The notes under the pieces are model-generated. The model was not told the origin of the DNA, did no database searches, and was given only the letters and a program-made list of their open reading frames with translations. A stretch of 64,000 nucleotides of DNA from Zootoca vivipara (Eukaryota), in assembly GCF_963506605.1 (NCBI RefSeq), contig NC_083280.1, forward strand, positions 36,704,001 through 36,768,000, read 5' to 3'. Shown here in pieces: positions 23,362 through 36,717 of the stretch. Made by a program: the position numbers and the translations under genes. Position 1 is the first letter of the stretch, and every line of letters begins with the position of its first letter.

Positions 23362-25629
23362 ATCTAACCCAATCCACAAGTCACCACACCTCAAGTCACT
23401 GGCTGTCAGTTGTCACTGCTCATCTGTTTCATAATGCAGAAGAGTTGTTAAGCAGCTGTGTTAAGAATGATGCATGCAGCCATCTGGAATTTGTGTAGAA
23501 CTCCAGTGCCTGTAAGCAGAGTGGCAAGTGTTTGGGCTGCAATGTAATGTATGAGCAGTAGTCAATGAAATAGTTTCAACTAGTGCAAACATTAGCTGTG
23601 GGATTCCCCACCCCTGCACACACACTAGGCCTGTGGTTCCCATCTGGTGGTCCACAAACCCCAGGGGGTCTGTGTAACCCACCCAAGGGGTACGTGGCAC
23701 ATACTCATCAGCTGTCCAGGATATCCCATGGAGGGAGGTCCTGTGCTCTTGCATGGGACATGTGGCTCATGCAGGAGCATGGCCCAGAAAACACACGTCC
23801 CAATTTTGCATTGCAACATGTTGAAGGGTATGGTGGCACCATTCACATAACCAAAACCACCACAGCGATATCAGTGTTTTCAAAAGAAGGGGGTTCCATG
23901 GCTCAGCTTTTCAATAAAAAGGGGGGGGGGGTCTGCAGTACTTAGCCCATTGGGAACCACTGCCCTGTTCCATTCCTACATCTGCTCTGGAGGGTTATGG
24001 GGAAACCCAGAACAGATTTAGGGGCCACACAGGGAAAGCAGAGGGGGGATAGCGTTCAATAGTACAGGGCGAATTTGGCCTGAATATTAATCCTGCTGCT
24101 GACCATACAAGGATGGTGGAGAGGAGACCAACACACTCCATTCAGATGCTACAAGGACATGGGTTTTTGGCATTTTATAAGGAGCATCAGGACTCCTCCC
24201 AGCCACAATGGCTGGTTCATAATGGCCTGCATATGCACTTTCGCTACAGCATACCCTCCAGCATTTCCTTGATGAAAATAGGGACTTCCCATTCCATAAT
24301 TATTTTATTATTTATACCCCCCACACTCTTACTGGGTTACCCAGCCACTCTGGGTGGCTTTCAACATATATAAAAACATAAGAAAACATTAAACATTAAA
24401 AAAAAACTTCCCTATGCAGGATTGCCTTCAGATGGAAATAAAAATAGGGACATCCTACCATACCCTCCAACATTTCTCCAGTGAAAATAGGGACATCCTA
24501 ACATTCCGGGATCAAATCAGAAACCGGAACAGCTTCTCTAAATCAGGTGTACCCGTGGAAAATAGGGACACTTGGAGGGTCTGCTACATCAAACAGAAAT
24601 TGGCAAACACATGCTCTTGTATTACATTCAAAACAGTGAAGACCACAGGCTAACACGTTCTGTCTCATCAACCAACAGGCTCTCTCCTTAACAGTCATGT
24701 GTCCTGCTGCCACATCAAACAAGAAGGTGCATGTGTCTTGTAATATTTGGTGTCAGCACATCCTGCCATAGGGGAAGCGGGGAGAGGCAGCAGGGAGCAG
24801 GAATTGCAATATTCATCCAAAGTCTGGGAAAATTTGTCTTGTGAAACTGGGGAATGGCACTTTTCTCATTGTCTTGACATACTGATCCAACAAGGGGGAT
24901 CTGTATGTGTTCTGTGCGCAGGTTTACCTTCTGAGTTCAGAGAACCATACACATATAAGAACATTTCCTCCACATACTTGAACCAGAAGCTTGGCTTCTG
25001 GGAGGGAGGGGACTTCAAGCAGTGGGGCACAGTGAGGTAAGTTAGGGAAATGTCTGGGTTTCGCTCCCATTCCCCATACACTCTTTTTGAAGTTAAAAAA
25101 TTAGCTGCCTCATCCCCACTTTATAGCTGAACTAGCAAGCATTTTTTTTTAGTAATAAACTCAACACATGACTGGTTTGGTCGTTTAGGTCCCCCCAGCT
25201 GTGATCTCCACTCATATGGAAATTTGTCAGTTTCAATACACTTTCTCATCCAGCCCATAATAATCTACATGTGGATGCACATCTTCAGCTGCTGTCTCAG
25301 GCCACTAGGCCTGCTTATCTTAGTGTAGTGCAAGGATCAGAGTGATTCTCTATGTGTGTATATACGGCAATTAAAAGAATATCTAACAAAGGTGTGAATC
25401 AGTTAAATAATTTGTTAGTCAATTTTAAATGATATATTGAGTTATTCCTGTCTTTAAAATAGGAAACAAACTTCCAGGGCTACTGTCCCACTCATTTCAT
25501 CCTTGGCATTTTGCAGTTTGCGTCCAACTGAAAATCATAACTGTACTGCCCCCTGCTGTTTTAACAGGGGATTAAAAATTTAAAGCACTACTATCACATA
25601 CTTAGCAATTTTAAAATCATCATCATCAT

Positions 25630-25687
25630 GTATTATTTATACCCCACCCATCTGCCTGGGTTTCCCCAGCCACTCTGGGTGGCTCCC

Positions 25688-25741
<54 letters not shown>

Positions 25742-25792
25742 TGATAAAATATCAAACATTAAAAACTTCCCTAAACAGGGCTGCCTTCAGAT
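25630..25792 (-). mobile_element. L2 LINE 3' end containing (AAT)n microsatellite (25688-25740)
   Basis: Matches the reverse of the L2 tail at 49770-49927; similar fragment at about 24300-24432. Confidence 0.75.
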
Positions 25793-26425
25793 ATCTGATG
25801 GCATATATGATCTGCAACAAAAAGTTGTGGTGTAGAATTCTGCTCAGGATTCCAGCCATCTACTGTATATCTGCTTCCACAATACTCCCTTCCATTTCCT
25901 ACCCCACAACAGACAGCTAGCATTTATACGACAGCTAACTTCATTGGATTGTTTCCCTGTTACCTATCTGGAGATTTATTGATACTATTTTTTGTAGTTT
26001 TCATAGACATTTCATACATATTTTGTATACACACCAGCAACACCCCCGCCACTGGGACACAAAGAAGAGACTCATGCACAGATCTTAGGCAGGCTTGTTT
26101 GGGTGGAAACAGTCCTTTAGCTATAGGAACACAGGAACCTGCCTTTTACTGAGTCAAACCATGGGTCCATCTAGCTAACTATTGTCTACACTGATTGTCT
26201 GCACTTCTCCAGATTTTCAGAAAGGGTTCTCTCTCTCGCAGTGCAACCTGGAGATGCTGGGGAGTGAACCTAGGAAGTTCTGCATGCAAGGGAGATGCTT
26301 TGCCACCAAGCCATGACCTGGGCCCAAGCCACTTCAGGCTTTGCATGTAATAACCATCACATTAAGATATGCCTGGAAGTTAATCAAAAGCCAGCACAGC
26401 TATTGTAAAATATGTGTCTCATCAC

Positions 26426-26767
26426 ATGATATGATAGCCATGTTCAAATATATGAAAGGATGTCATATGGAGGAGGGAGAAAGATTGTTTTCTACTGCTC
26501 CAGAGAAGCGGACACGGAGCAATGGATTCAAACTTCAAGAAAGAAGATTCCACCTAAACATTAGGAAGAACTTCCTGACAGTAAGAGCTGTTCGGCAGTG
26601 GAATTTGCTACCAAGGAGTGTGGTGGAGTCTCCTTTTTTGGAGGTCTTTAAGCAGAGGCTTGACAGGCATATGCCAAGAATGCTTTGATGGTGTTTCCTG
26701 CTTGGCAGGGGGTTGGACTGGATGGCCCTTGTGGTCTCTTCCAACTCTATGATTCTATGATTCTATG
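26426..26767 (+). mobile_element. CR1 LINE 3' fragment
   Basis: RTRSNGFKLQERRFHLNIRKNFLTVRAVRQWNLLP...; (ATTCTATG)n tail. Confidence 0.93.
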
Positions 26768-27020
26768 CATGATGCTCTGAAGTAGTACCCCCACCAAAAT
26801 CCTTAGTGCCACAATGTGGACCAGACAAAGTTTCCCAGAGACTATCCCCATGTAGAGTGGGTTGCAGCAATTCAGTCTGGATATATGTAACTGGGGAGTG
26901 TGCCTCTGTTGCCAGTCCTGATCTTCCTAAAAATGGGCTCAGCTGGTGGTCCAGCTTCAAGTGCCATGCTGCTAGCTAGCCATCCAGAAACAAAGCTGTG
27001 TTGTCTTTGGTCACTTCTAA

Positions 27021-27840
27021 CCAAAATTGGGAAAGGAGTACGACAAGGCTGTATATTGTCTCCCTGCTTATTTAACTTATTTGCAGAATTCATCATGCGA
27101 AAGGCTGGACTGGATGAATCCCAAGCCGGAATTAAGATTGCCAGAAGAAATATCAACAACCTCAGATATGCAGATGACACAACCTTGATGGCAGAAAGTG
27201 AGGAGGAATTAAAGAACCTTTTAATGAGGGTGAAAGAGGAGAGCGCAAAATATGGTCTGAAGTTCAACATCAAAAAAACTAAGATCATGGCCACTGGTCC
27301 CATCACCTCCTGGCAAATAGAAGGGGAAGAAATGGAGGCAGTGAGAGATTTTACTTTCTTGGGTTCCATGATCATTGCAGATGGTGACAGCAGTCATGAA
27401 ATTAAAAGATGCCTGCTTCTTGGGAGAAAAGCAAAGACAAACCTAGACAGCATCTTAAAAAGCAGAGACATCACCTTGCCAACAAAGGACCGTATACTTA
27501 AAGCTATAGTTAAAGCTATCAGCTACCGTATAGTTAAAGCTATCAGCCCTGAGTGCTCACTGGAAGGACAGATTGTGAAGCTGAGGCTCCAATACTTTGG
27601 CCACCTCATGCGAAGAGAAGACTCCCTGGAAAAGACCCTGATGTTGGGAAAGACAAGGGCACAAGGAGAAGGGGATGACAGAGGACAAGATTGGTTGGAC
27701 AGTGTTCTCAAAGCTACCAACATGAGTTTGACCAAACTGCGGGAGGCAGTGGAAGACGGGAGTGCCTGGCGTGCTCTAGTCTAGTCCATGGGGTCATGAA
27801 GAGTCGGGTGTGACTAAACGACTAAACAACAACAACAACA
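27021..27840 (+). mobile_element. RTE-BovB fragment with partial reverse transcriptase, internally deleted
   Basis: KGVRQGCILSPCLFNL...NNLRYADDTTL RT motifs; (CAA)n tail. Confidence 0.95.
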
Positions 27841-27948
27841 AGTTGGGTCCAGAGACTTTGCTGGGATAGGAGCTCTCTGCAGCATGAGCTGACATGAGAT
27901 GAGAAAAGTAGGACAGGGGAAATCATACACATGAAGAAAGGTAATAAT

Positions 27949-28657
27949 TGCAGGCCCAGACCGCGCACTCCCCGCCCCCCGCTCAGGTGAGCTACCAATA
28001 AAGGAAACCACACAGTTGAATAGGATCAAATCAGGCCACAACTTTATTGACTACAGATGAAGTGGTTTGACATAGGCATTGGGTAAGCATTTATTTGCAG
28101 GCTGCCTACTGAATATGACATCAGGATCAACCCAGCAGTGGGGATACCTATGACTCACATCAAATAGGGGGATCCCCGCAGGGATCACTGTCTCTAGGCC
28201 CAAGCCCCCTGTCTGGGCAAACAGACATCTCCACCACGAATCCCTTTAACAGGATACCCTATTTCTGGAGGGGAAGGCAAGGGTACAACGCTCCCTCCAA
28301 CCAAGGCTAAGGTTACCCAATGCCTAATTCCCTGGTCTTGTGCTGAACCTGATCCAGCGAAGACCGGCAATCTTGATCTGATGAAGAAGAGCTGGGCATT
28401 GGGGGCTGGCATGGGCAGTTTTAAATCCCACGGGAGCAGACCTGAGGGAAGCCTGATTGTTCCCTCGTCCGTCCCTGGACAGCCCAGCCCTCCACTCCAG
28501 CCTGCCATTGGCCAATTTGGCAGGCTAATGCAGAGCAGGATTTCAAGGCAGGAACATGAGCCGAAGCGTGTGTTCTGGTAGGGATCAGACCCTGAACCCC
28601 CAGCCCTGCCTCGTTGGCAGGAGGGTAGGTGCTGGGGGTAAGCAGACTTATCCTACA
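27949..28657 (-). mobile_element. Possible solo LTR
   Basis: TGCAGG...CCTACA ends, ~700 bp, minus-strand AATAAA motifs near 28045/28092; no convincing TSD. Confidence 0.4.
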
Positions 28658-30910
28658 ATGTAGCACATTAGTCTTCAGCTGGTAGGTGTTGATCCACTAC
28701 CAGGATGCAGCGTGATCTAAGGTGGGTCACAACAGCAGCACTGCCACTATATAAATATATTGTGAAAACAAGCAAGCAAGCAAGCAAGCAAGAAATGCAT
28801 GTTAGAGATCAGACTACTGTGTGACATCATAATCTAAATCAAAGCAAGCTCTGGGACCACTAGGTGTCAGTGTTCCCTAAGGCCCCAACACAACAAGGGA
28901 AAAAAATCTTATTGCAATAAGAATCCTATATAAGAAAGCTTGAGTTTTCAGGCAAATTCTCCATCTCCACATGCGCTAATGTTCCATATTTATAACATGG
29001 GTGTACTGAATAACATGACCCCCCGTTTTAAGAAGTGAGATCTTCCTTATTTCTTTGGAGACACCAGAAGAAGCTTCATTTCTTTCATTCATGGTCAGAT
29101 GGCTGAGAGAATTCATTGCTGAAGAAGAAGCTGCTGTAAATGACCTCTAGGAAAGCCCCACCTCTTTCCATTAGTAAGAAAACATTATGGTTTTGTATAC
29201 ATCAATGGTGTGGCTGCTGATTCATTAAGATATGCAGCACTGGTCACTTCATCATTTTCTAAAGAATATGGCAGAATTAGGAAGAGCACCCAAAATTAAT
29301 TCCTTCCATATGAGTGGAAAGCCAGCATGATCCAGGCTTTCTGTGCATTCAGTTTTTTTTATTCAGTCAACGTGCATACTTTCCCTTTAGTTGCACATAT
29401 TTTGAACAATTCCTTCAAAGTACAGTATGTTGTATCTTGGTACAGTAATTCGTTTATTGCCATTGTAATTGTTGTGCCAAATATGGTCACAGGCACCTAG
29501 TGTGTTGTGAGTAATCCTGACCCACACAATTTCTCCCTCCATACTTAAATCATTTTGTGAGCCACTGTCTACTTTAATTTTTAATTTTCTATACTCTTTC
29601 TAGTGTACAATCATCGGTTTTTAAGCTTCTGAGAATTTTGCAATGCAGTTCTCAGCTCAGAAAATGTATCGAAATGCATATAAAAATGCATGTCTTTAGT
29701 TAAAATGCATACAACAGTGCGCATTTTAGGGTGTTTGCAAAGCCGTATACGACAGAATATAATGCATACAAAATTTAGTATATTTTGTGAAAATTCGTTA
29801 AGAATAATATTTTTGTGCGTGCGTTTTAGGTTGATGTGGAGACAGGATAGAACAGATTTATTCCTGAACACTTGAGAAAAGGTCACATGCTGGAAACAAG
29901 CTGGTCTATCCATCTCTTGCTCCTGCATACCAAGAATAACTCCCCCCCCCCTTGCAATCTATTAGACACAGGTTACATTATGCCAGCAGCATTTGGGCAA
30001 GCTGCTTCAGATACTCTGTAACATTTGAAAGTGCACGATTGCTCCTAAAGAAGGAACCCCTCTTGCAAAATGTGTTCTGCTGCAATAAATTTAATGGGAC
30101 ACAATTTTGAGGACTAGTTTCTCCTCCTTGCATTCTTTTTAGTTTCTTCGTGTTCTTCCCGTATTGTTATGTGAAAACAGCTGCCAGCTTTAGGGGGAAA
30201 CAGATGGGCAATGAATGGCATGATTCAAACAAATTGGTCACATTTATGCACAGTTCTGTATAGCATTTAAAACAAGAATTAAAAAAGTATCTTTCAGCAG
30301 TTGATTTTGCCTGGTTTTAGCCAACTTAGGTTCATTTCTGCTATTGTCAGAGGTATTTTTTTTAAAGGTTGATATTTAATTAATGTACTGTATTATTTGC
30401 AGTGGAGGCGCTGGTCCATTAGGGTGAACGAGGGCACTGCCTGGCCATCCTTGGTTTGCCCTCAACCAGTCCTCATCTGGTTCCTGCTAAGTGGGTGAAC
30501 CCTGACAGTCAGCCACCTCCTGCTCCCTGGTGTCAGTTTTGCCCTTCTAGAACTCAGCAGGGAGGAAGATGGGGACAGAGATAGAATCAGTTGGCTCTGG
30601 CTGTCATTTGCTCTGGCTCCACCTACGATTGGCCTCCCTGCCTCCTACTACTCTAACAGTTCCAAGGGCACTGCCACCAAAAAGCTTTGGATGCCGTGTC
30701 AAGAAGGCCAGGTACGGTAAACATAAATCAATCAAAAGAAAAGGGAAGTGACTGTTTCTTCATATGGCTCATAAGTGACCTTTGAAACTCAGCTGCAGGC
30801 CAAGGCACATTCCAATAGTATAATTAGGCTTGAGGAAGCATAAATCAGATGCAAGGAATATCAGTGGTTAGGGGATCCATCCAATTACTGGTGAATCCAT
30901 GATCTTAGAC

Positions 30911-31034
30911 CGGGGTGGACAGCCTGCGTGATAATTTCATGTAGTCCACATCCTAATTTCATCTGGGTGGGAAGGAGGGAGGAAAGGGGGTGGCAGGGAG
31001 AGAAAGGGGTGCCTGCCCACATTCCCCACCCCTG
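30911..31034. mobile_element. Short hAT MITE
   Basis: CGGGGTGG...CCACCCCTG; TSD TCTTAGAC. Confidence 0.75.
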
Positions 31035-31307
31035 TCTTAGACCATGGGAAGCTGGGTGTGATTAAAAAGGCGGGCACCCCAAAACAAACAGAACAATTAA
31101 CTGTTGTGGGAGAAAGGAGAACTTGGCTAGAAGGATTAGGAAGAAGTTTCTGATGGTACCGGTAAGAGTAGAACAGACTCCCTTGGAAGGTGCTGGACTC
31201 TCCTTCATTGCAGGTTGTCACGCAGAGGTTGGGTGGCTATTTGTCAGGGATTCTTTAGCTGTAATTCCTGCATTGCAGAGGATTGACTAGATGACCCTTG
31301 GGATCCC

Positions 31308-32044
31308 TGTTATAAGAATTTTAAGGTCTTAGAAATGTTCATAAATGTACAAGGCAAACACGTACATAAATATATACACATATATAAACCAAATATATAA
31401 ACCAGTGACTGAAAACACTACAGAAAAAGTCCTGAAACCAGTTTGTCCCTCCCAAATAGACCTCAAATATTTCTCTGCAAGGTCGAAGGAAAATGGAAAA
31501 GCCTCCCCATTGTCTTTTCGTTCACAAATCCTGTCTTAAGGGTATGTCTGTATATGAATAGGGTGAGCCTGTGACCTTGTATTTTTCATTACAAAAAGAC
31601 TGGGCTCCCCAGATAATCCAATCAAGTGAACATTAACAGGTAACCTGCCAGAGAGGAGATAAACAACGCACTCAGATTTCTGTTGTAGACCGCCCCTTCT
31701 GTGATGTATGTATGATGTATCTGGGGGGTGGTCTTGGGCTACACCCCTTCTGTGATGTATGTATGATGTATGGAAGGGTGGTCTTGAGCTCCAGGGCAGG
31801 GAATTTCAAAATGTCTATATAAGGGCAGGCACACCTTTGTTCTGGGTCCTCCTCTTTTCTCCTGCGTGAGAGGGAGCACCCTGTTGCAACAGTTCAATAA
31901 AGATCAAGCTTACTAGCTGCTTTGTTTCTCAATATTCTCTGGTTGGCCTCTGTTATTTTCTCCTACTGATGGAGACCTACAAAGGACTCTACAAGGGCTC
32001 TTGTGTACCCCATAAGGGAATAAGGGCAGATTTTGTTTATTGCA
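31308..32044 (+). mobile_element. Solo LTR (ERV1-like) nested in an old CR1 3' end
   Basis: TG...CA ends, 4-bp TSD TCCC, TATATAA 31816-31822, AATAAA 31896-31901, U3 direct repeat; CR1 sequence resumes after 32048. Confidence 0.85.
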
Positions 32045-33563
32045 TCCCTTCCAACTCTGCAGTTCTATGTTCTTTAAATCTGATGTGGGTGAGCTGCTTT
32101 GTCCAGCAACACATGCCTCACTTTCGCCTGCCTGTGATTTTCTTCCCTTCCATTGCTTTCTTGTTGTTTGGCACCATGATTTGCATGACCAATGTTTGAT
32201 ATTCATTCTGAAAAAAATATGTGGCCGACAGACTGAGGATTTCAGTATTTGGGCGAAACTTCCTTATGGCCTAAAACTAGGGTGGGGGGGGATGGGTTTG
32301 TGGAGGCGAGCATTCCAGCAATTCCCTCTTGATAGTGTGTGTTGTAAACACAAACTGTTCTATCACAGTTTTCAGCACAAAAACAACAATGACAATGTAA
32401 TATATGTTTTGAAAGCACCCTCCTGTGTTTTTAACTGGGAATCCTCTGTCCTGGGCAAAAGCAATGCTTCTGCATTCTCTCTGGAGAGGATCTTGGCATT
32501 TTTTAGAGCAACATCTTGAAGGAATGTGGCCTCTGGCTTCAGAACAGGACCTGACATTCCAGCCTTGCATCCAAGAATGTGGACAGAGTGTTCGCTCCTA
32601 GATCCTGGCACACGAGTTCATTCACCTTCTCTGCACTGTGCTAGGAGATGGGAGGGATATTGCTGGATAGGGTAATGAGCTTGAATTGGGGAGACTGGAG
32701 GGGTGCTGTAGATTTTTAGGTGGAGATGCCTGTTTTTGTCCAGCTATGAGTGAGCACTGGTGATCTGCCAGATATTCAAATCCTTCCTCCACGTCTGGAA
32801 CTCTTGAACATTTTTCCTAGTGTGGGTTACACACTGGTTGGGAAATTGCTTCCCAACCATCTAACTTGCTCCTATTTACCATTGCATAAAATCTCCCTTG
32901 TGTGGCAACGGCAATTGCTATGTGGAATGTAATGTTGGGAGGGAAAACTTAGGGCATTTTCAATTCTTAAGTGATGGAAACTCAGAGTCTATTTTATTTA
33001 TCCATGTCTCTACGTACTTCCATTAAGCTCTCTAGGGAACCACTGGCAGGGTGCAGGCCTTAGCGTGACTTCAGATGTATCCTGTTTTAGGATTTCATTC
33101 AAAAATGTAACCAGGCCATTTGGGGTAGCTGTATTGCGAAAGCTTTGTGAGAGGTTTCTTCAGAGATAGGCAAAGCCAACTTTGGGCTTAAATCCTTTCT
33201 TTCCTCCAGTGATCTTCTCATCTCGCTGCCACAGCATGCCTCTCATAAGTAGTCGTTTCTCATCATTTCGGAGCCAAATACAAGTGTGAGATAATTACTC
33301 TACCCTTCGCAACACACCCCTTGGAAATCAGCATACTATCTATTTATTTTTAAAACACTTTAGCCATAACTTGAGTTGTGTCGGCATTACAGGATATTCT
33401 TGTTGAATTTGGTGCGATTTTGTTTTTACATTCCTTTCTGAGCATTTGCATTCTTGTTGCCTGTTCCTTCCTGTGTTCTTTGTACATACATACTGCACAT
33501 TTTCAGAGGGTGAAATCAGCACATAAGAATGACTTTTTGCTGGTTCAGATCAATAGTCTGTCC

Positions 33564-33816
33564 CAGGGCTGGCCCTATGGCCAGGCTGGGTGGCGCAGGG
33601 CGCCAGGGCGCCTGCCCGCCAGGGGGGGGCGCTACGCAGCTGGGCCCGCCTGCCGTGGAGCTGCGCCCGCCCACGCAGCTCCGGCCACCCGTGCAGCTGC
33701 GGCCGCCCACTCAGCTCCGCCCACCCGCCGCGCTGGGAAACGGTGCAGGGCGGGGGCGCCGGAGGGATCCGTTGCACCACGGCGCCAGGGCGCCAAATAT
33801 ACTTAAGACGGCCCTG
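33564..33816. mobile_element. GC-rich hAT (Tip100-like) MITE with internal ~18-bp tandem repeats
   Basis: CAGGGC...GCCCTG; perfect TSD GTCTGTCC. Confidence 0.88.
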
Positions 33817-34968
33817 GTCTGTCCGTCTATCTGGTTCAGCACGATATTTCCAGCAACAATTAGTTATCTGCACCTGGAAAATTCAACAACCAGGTCATGC
33901 TAGTGGTAGGCATCTCCTGTTGTTTCTCTCTGGAGCTGGTATGGAGAAGTCCTTGGAACATAAATATCCCATTTAGTTAACATGGCAAAAGAGCTCTCAA
34001 AAGACTTAGCACTCAGAATTTCTTTTAGGATATATATCAGGGGTGTGGAATATTTTTCAGCCTGAGGGCTGCCTTCCCACTCCCAGTGGGTAGAGTCGTG
34101 GATGTGGCTTCTACCTTTGTACACATTCTCTCCAAGAAAAAGCACTTGAAGATGGTACACAACTGGTGAGGAATGTGGCCGGGGGAGAAAAGTGTGGCCT
34201 AAGGACAATCCAAAGGCCTGGCTTGAGAGGCCTACATTTGGCCCACAGGCCTGAGTTTCCCCACCCCTGATATACCCGATGGGTGGCCGGCATGCGGCAC
34301 GAGTGCCAGAAGTATTAATGGCAGCAGTATTTATGGCACTTCCAGACAGGACCTGGAGAAACCTGGCTTTGGACCCTGCCAAGACATAAATGTGCAGGCT
34401 GTGCTAGTCAGTGCTTTGCCAGCTGTGCTGAGGCCTGCTCTGTAGCTCAGTAAACTAGAAGCAAAAATGGGCCCACACTCCAAAATGGGGCAGGGGTTGA
34501 ATATGTACGGTCATGCACACTAGAACAGCATTATCTGCCTCGTGTTTTTCCATTTGACTTGTGGTATGCCCTCTGAGGCCAGCATATAACTGAGAGCATG
34601 GTCAGCCTTCAGGTAAAAGACAGGGGCCCTTGAAATGTTGTTGGCTTTCAACCGCCCATCACCCCTGACCATTGGCCATGCTGGCTGGGGCTGATGGGAA
34701 CGGGAATCTAGCAACATCTGGAGGGGGCACAGGTTCCCCATATTTGGGGTACAGAGTTGGCAAGAGGCCTTTGATCCTTTCTGGCCCTTTGAATACTCGA
34801 CCTAGCCCAAATGACGGCGGTCAATTTATTAATTTTTTAAAACGATTGCACCCACAGGTGAGGAAACACACCAGCTCTGGACCTTAATGTCTGTAGGAGA
34901 TTGACCATTTCCTTAGCATAAATCACCCCCCCCCGCCCCCCCACTTTGGAATTCCTAGGCTTCTGCTA

Positions 34969-35325
34969 AAGGTAAAGGTAAAGGGACCCCTGACCATTAG
35001 GTCCAGTCGTGACCGACTCTGTGGTTGCGCGCTCATCTTGCATTATTGGCTGAGGGAGCCGGCGTATAGCTTCCAGGTCATGTGGCCAGCATGACAAAGC
35101 CGCTTCTGGCAAACCAGAGCAGCACATGGAAACGCCGTTTACCTTCCCGCTATAGCAGTTCCTATTTATCTACTTGCATTTTGATGTGCTTTCGAACTGC
35201 TAGGTTGGCAGGAGCTGGGACCAAGCAACGGGAGCTCACCCCGCCACAGGGATTCGAACTGCTGACCTTCTGATCAGCAAGCCCTAGGCTCAGTGGTTTA
35301 GCCCACAGCGCCATCTGGGTCCCTC
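34969..35325 (-). mobile_element. Sauria SINE
   Basis: (ACCTTT)n tail in reverse, tRNA-like head; TSD AGGCTTCTGCTA. Confidence 0.92.
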
Positions 35326-36717
35326 AGGCTTCTGCTATGATTCACTAATTCGGCTGAAAACAATGGGAAGCTGGATGCATGGGAAGGTCAAATAAATATG
35401 AATTAGAAATGATTTCAATTCCAAAGAAAGACAGAAGGAAACCCTCACATTTACTGCAGCCAGGCTGTGCTTGGAGAGCAAATTGCTTGGCTGCTTTCTG
35501 CATTTCTCAGGCTCAGCCCCAGCTGCAGATGACACACCCCATACTTCCCACAGGTTCCTCATTCCTCTCACCTGATCTGCTTTGTGAGGCAAAGGTTGAC
35601 ACTTGATTGAGTTTCACAGCTTTTTAAAAAATGCCCTCTTTTTTTTTAAAAAAAATTGCACTGGGTGCTGGGATAAGGGTCAGGGCTCCTTCGGCATTTG
35701 CAGCATGGTGCCATCCTAGCTGCCAACTTTTATTACTGGCTTCAGTCCTGTGCCTTTTAAGAAGAACTGTCCGTACAGCCTTTAGCAGATTATCGTGCTT
35801 ATCTCCACGCTTCAACTCCTGACTCCTCCATGGTCAAACTGCTGTTAGAAGGTGTAAAGGCAGGGAGGAGCCCTAGCCGGCAGGACCAGTGGCCAGGGAT
35901 GATGGGAGTTGTAGTTCAACAGCTTCAGGAAGTCCACAGGTTCCCCACTGCCGGTGCAGGGAAAACCTAGGCCATTTTTCTTGTAGCCAGTTGACAATTC
36001 TACACAGTGTCGCTGGTATATGGAACACAATGGTGCCCGTTTTCAAAGCACAAAGAGGAGCTTGAAGTACAGTATGGTGTATTTGGGCACATCTACCATG
36101 TGGGCATAAGTTGCTTTAATATTATAGAAGATATGTATATAAACTTGCAACACATGAACAAGTTGAGTATAAGCATGCAGATCTCTTAACAGAGAATTGT
36201 CAGCATCCTCACCAAACTGCAATTCCCAGGATCTTTTGGCAGACTCCAAAGCAGTTAAACTGGTATAAAACTGATACAGCTTTATAGTATAGGTGTTTAG
36301 ATAAGCCCTTAGGTTCCTCCCTGCAGGAGATTAGGCAAGGCTGCAGAGGACTGGAGGTGCGATATTCTGCAAATTGATAAACACCCTTGGCTGCTTTGTT
36401 TAGCTAGTATTGCCTGCTAGTCTGGGGAAGACTAATGCTCCAGAGATGCATGCAAAACAAGTGAAAAGGTGATCAAAGTCAGTTTCAGATGTCCAAGGTA
36501 GTAGGCCAAAGTGCAAGGGTTCTCGCCCCTCTCCTAAAGAGGTCAGCTACCTGAAATCTGGCGAGATGGCAGGCTCTATTAAGTCAGTGTTTATATAAAC
36601 GGCATCTGAAGCAGGCCTTAGGCACTATCAACGTGCACAGCACTTTCCAGTGGGGAAGAGGACAGGTCCCTGCTCCAAGGAGCTTACAATCTTTTTTAAA
36701 AGGGGGGGGGGAGCCAC

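Noticed and set aside
26900-27784. 294-aa ORF with YADD motif as a gene
   Set aside because: Chance fusion of an antisense L2 remnant with a truncated, internally deleted BovB RT
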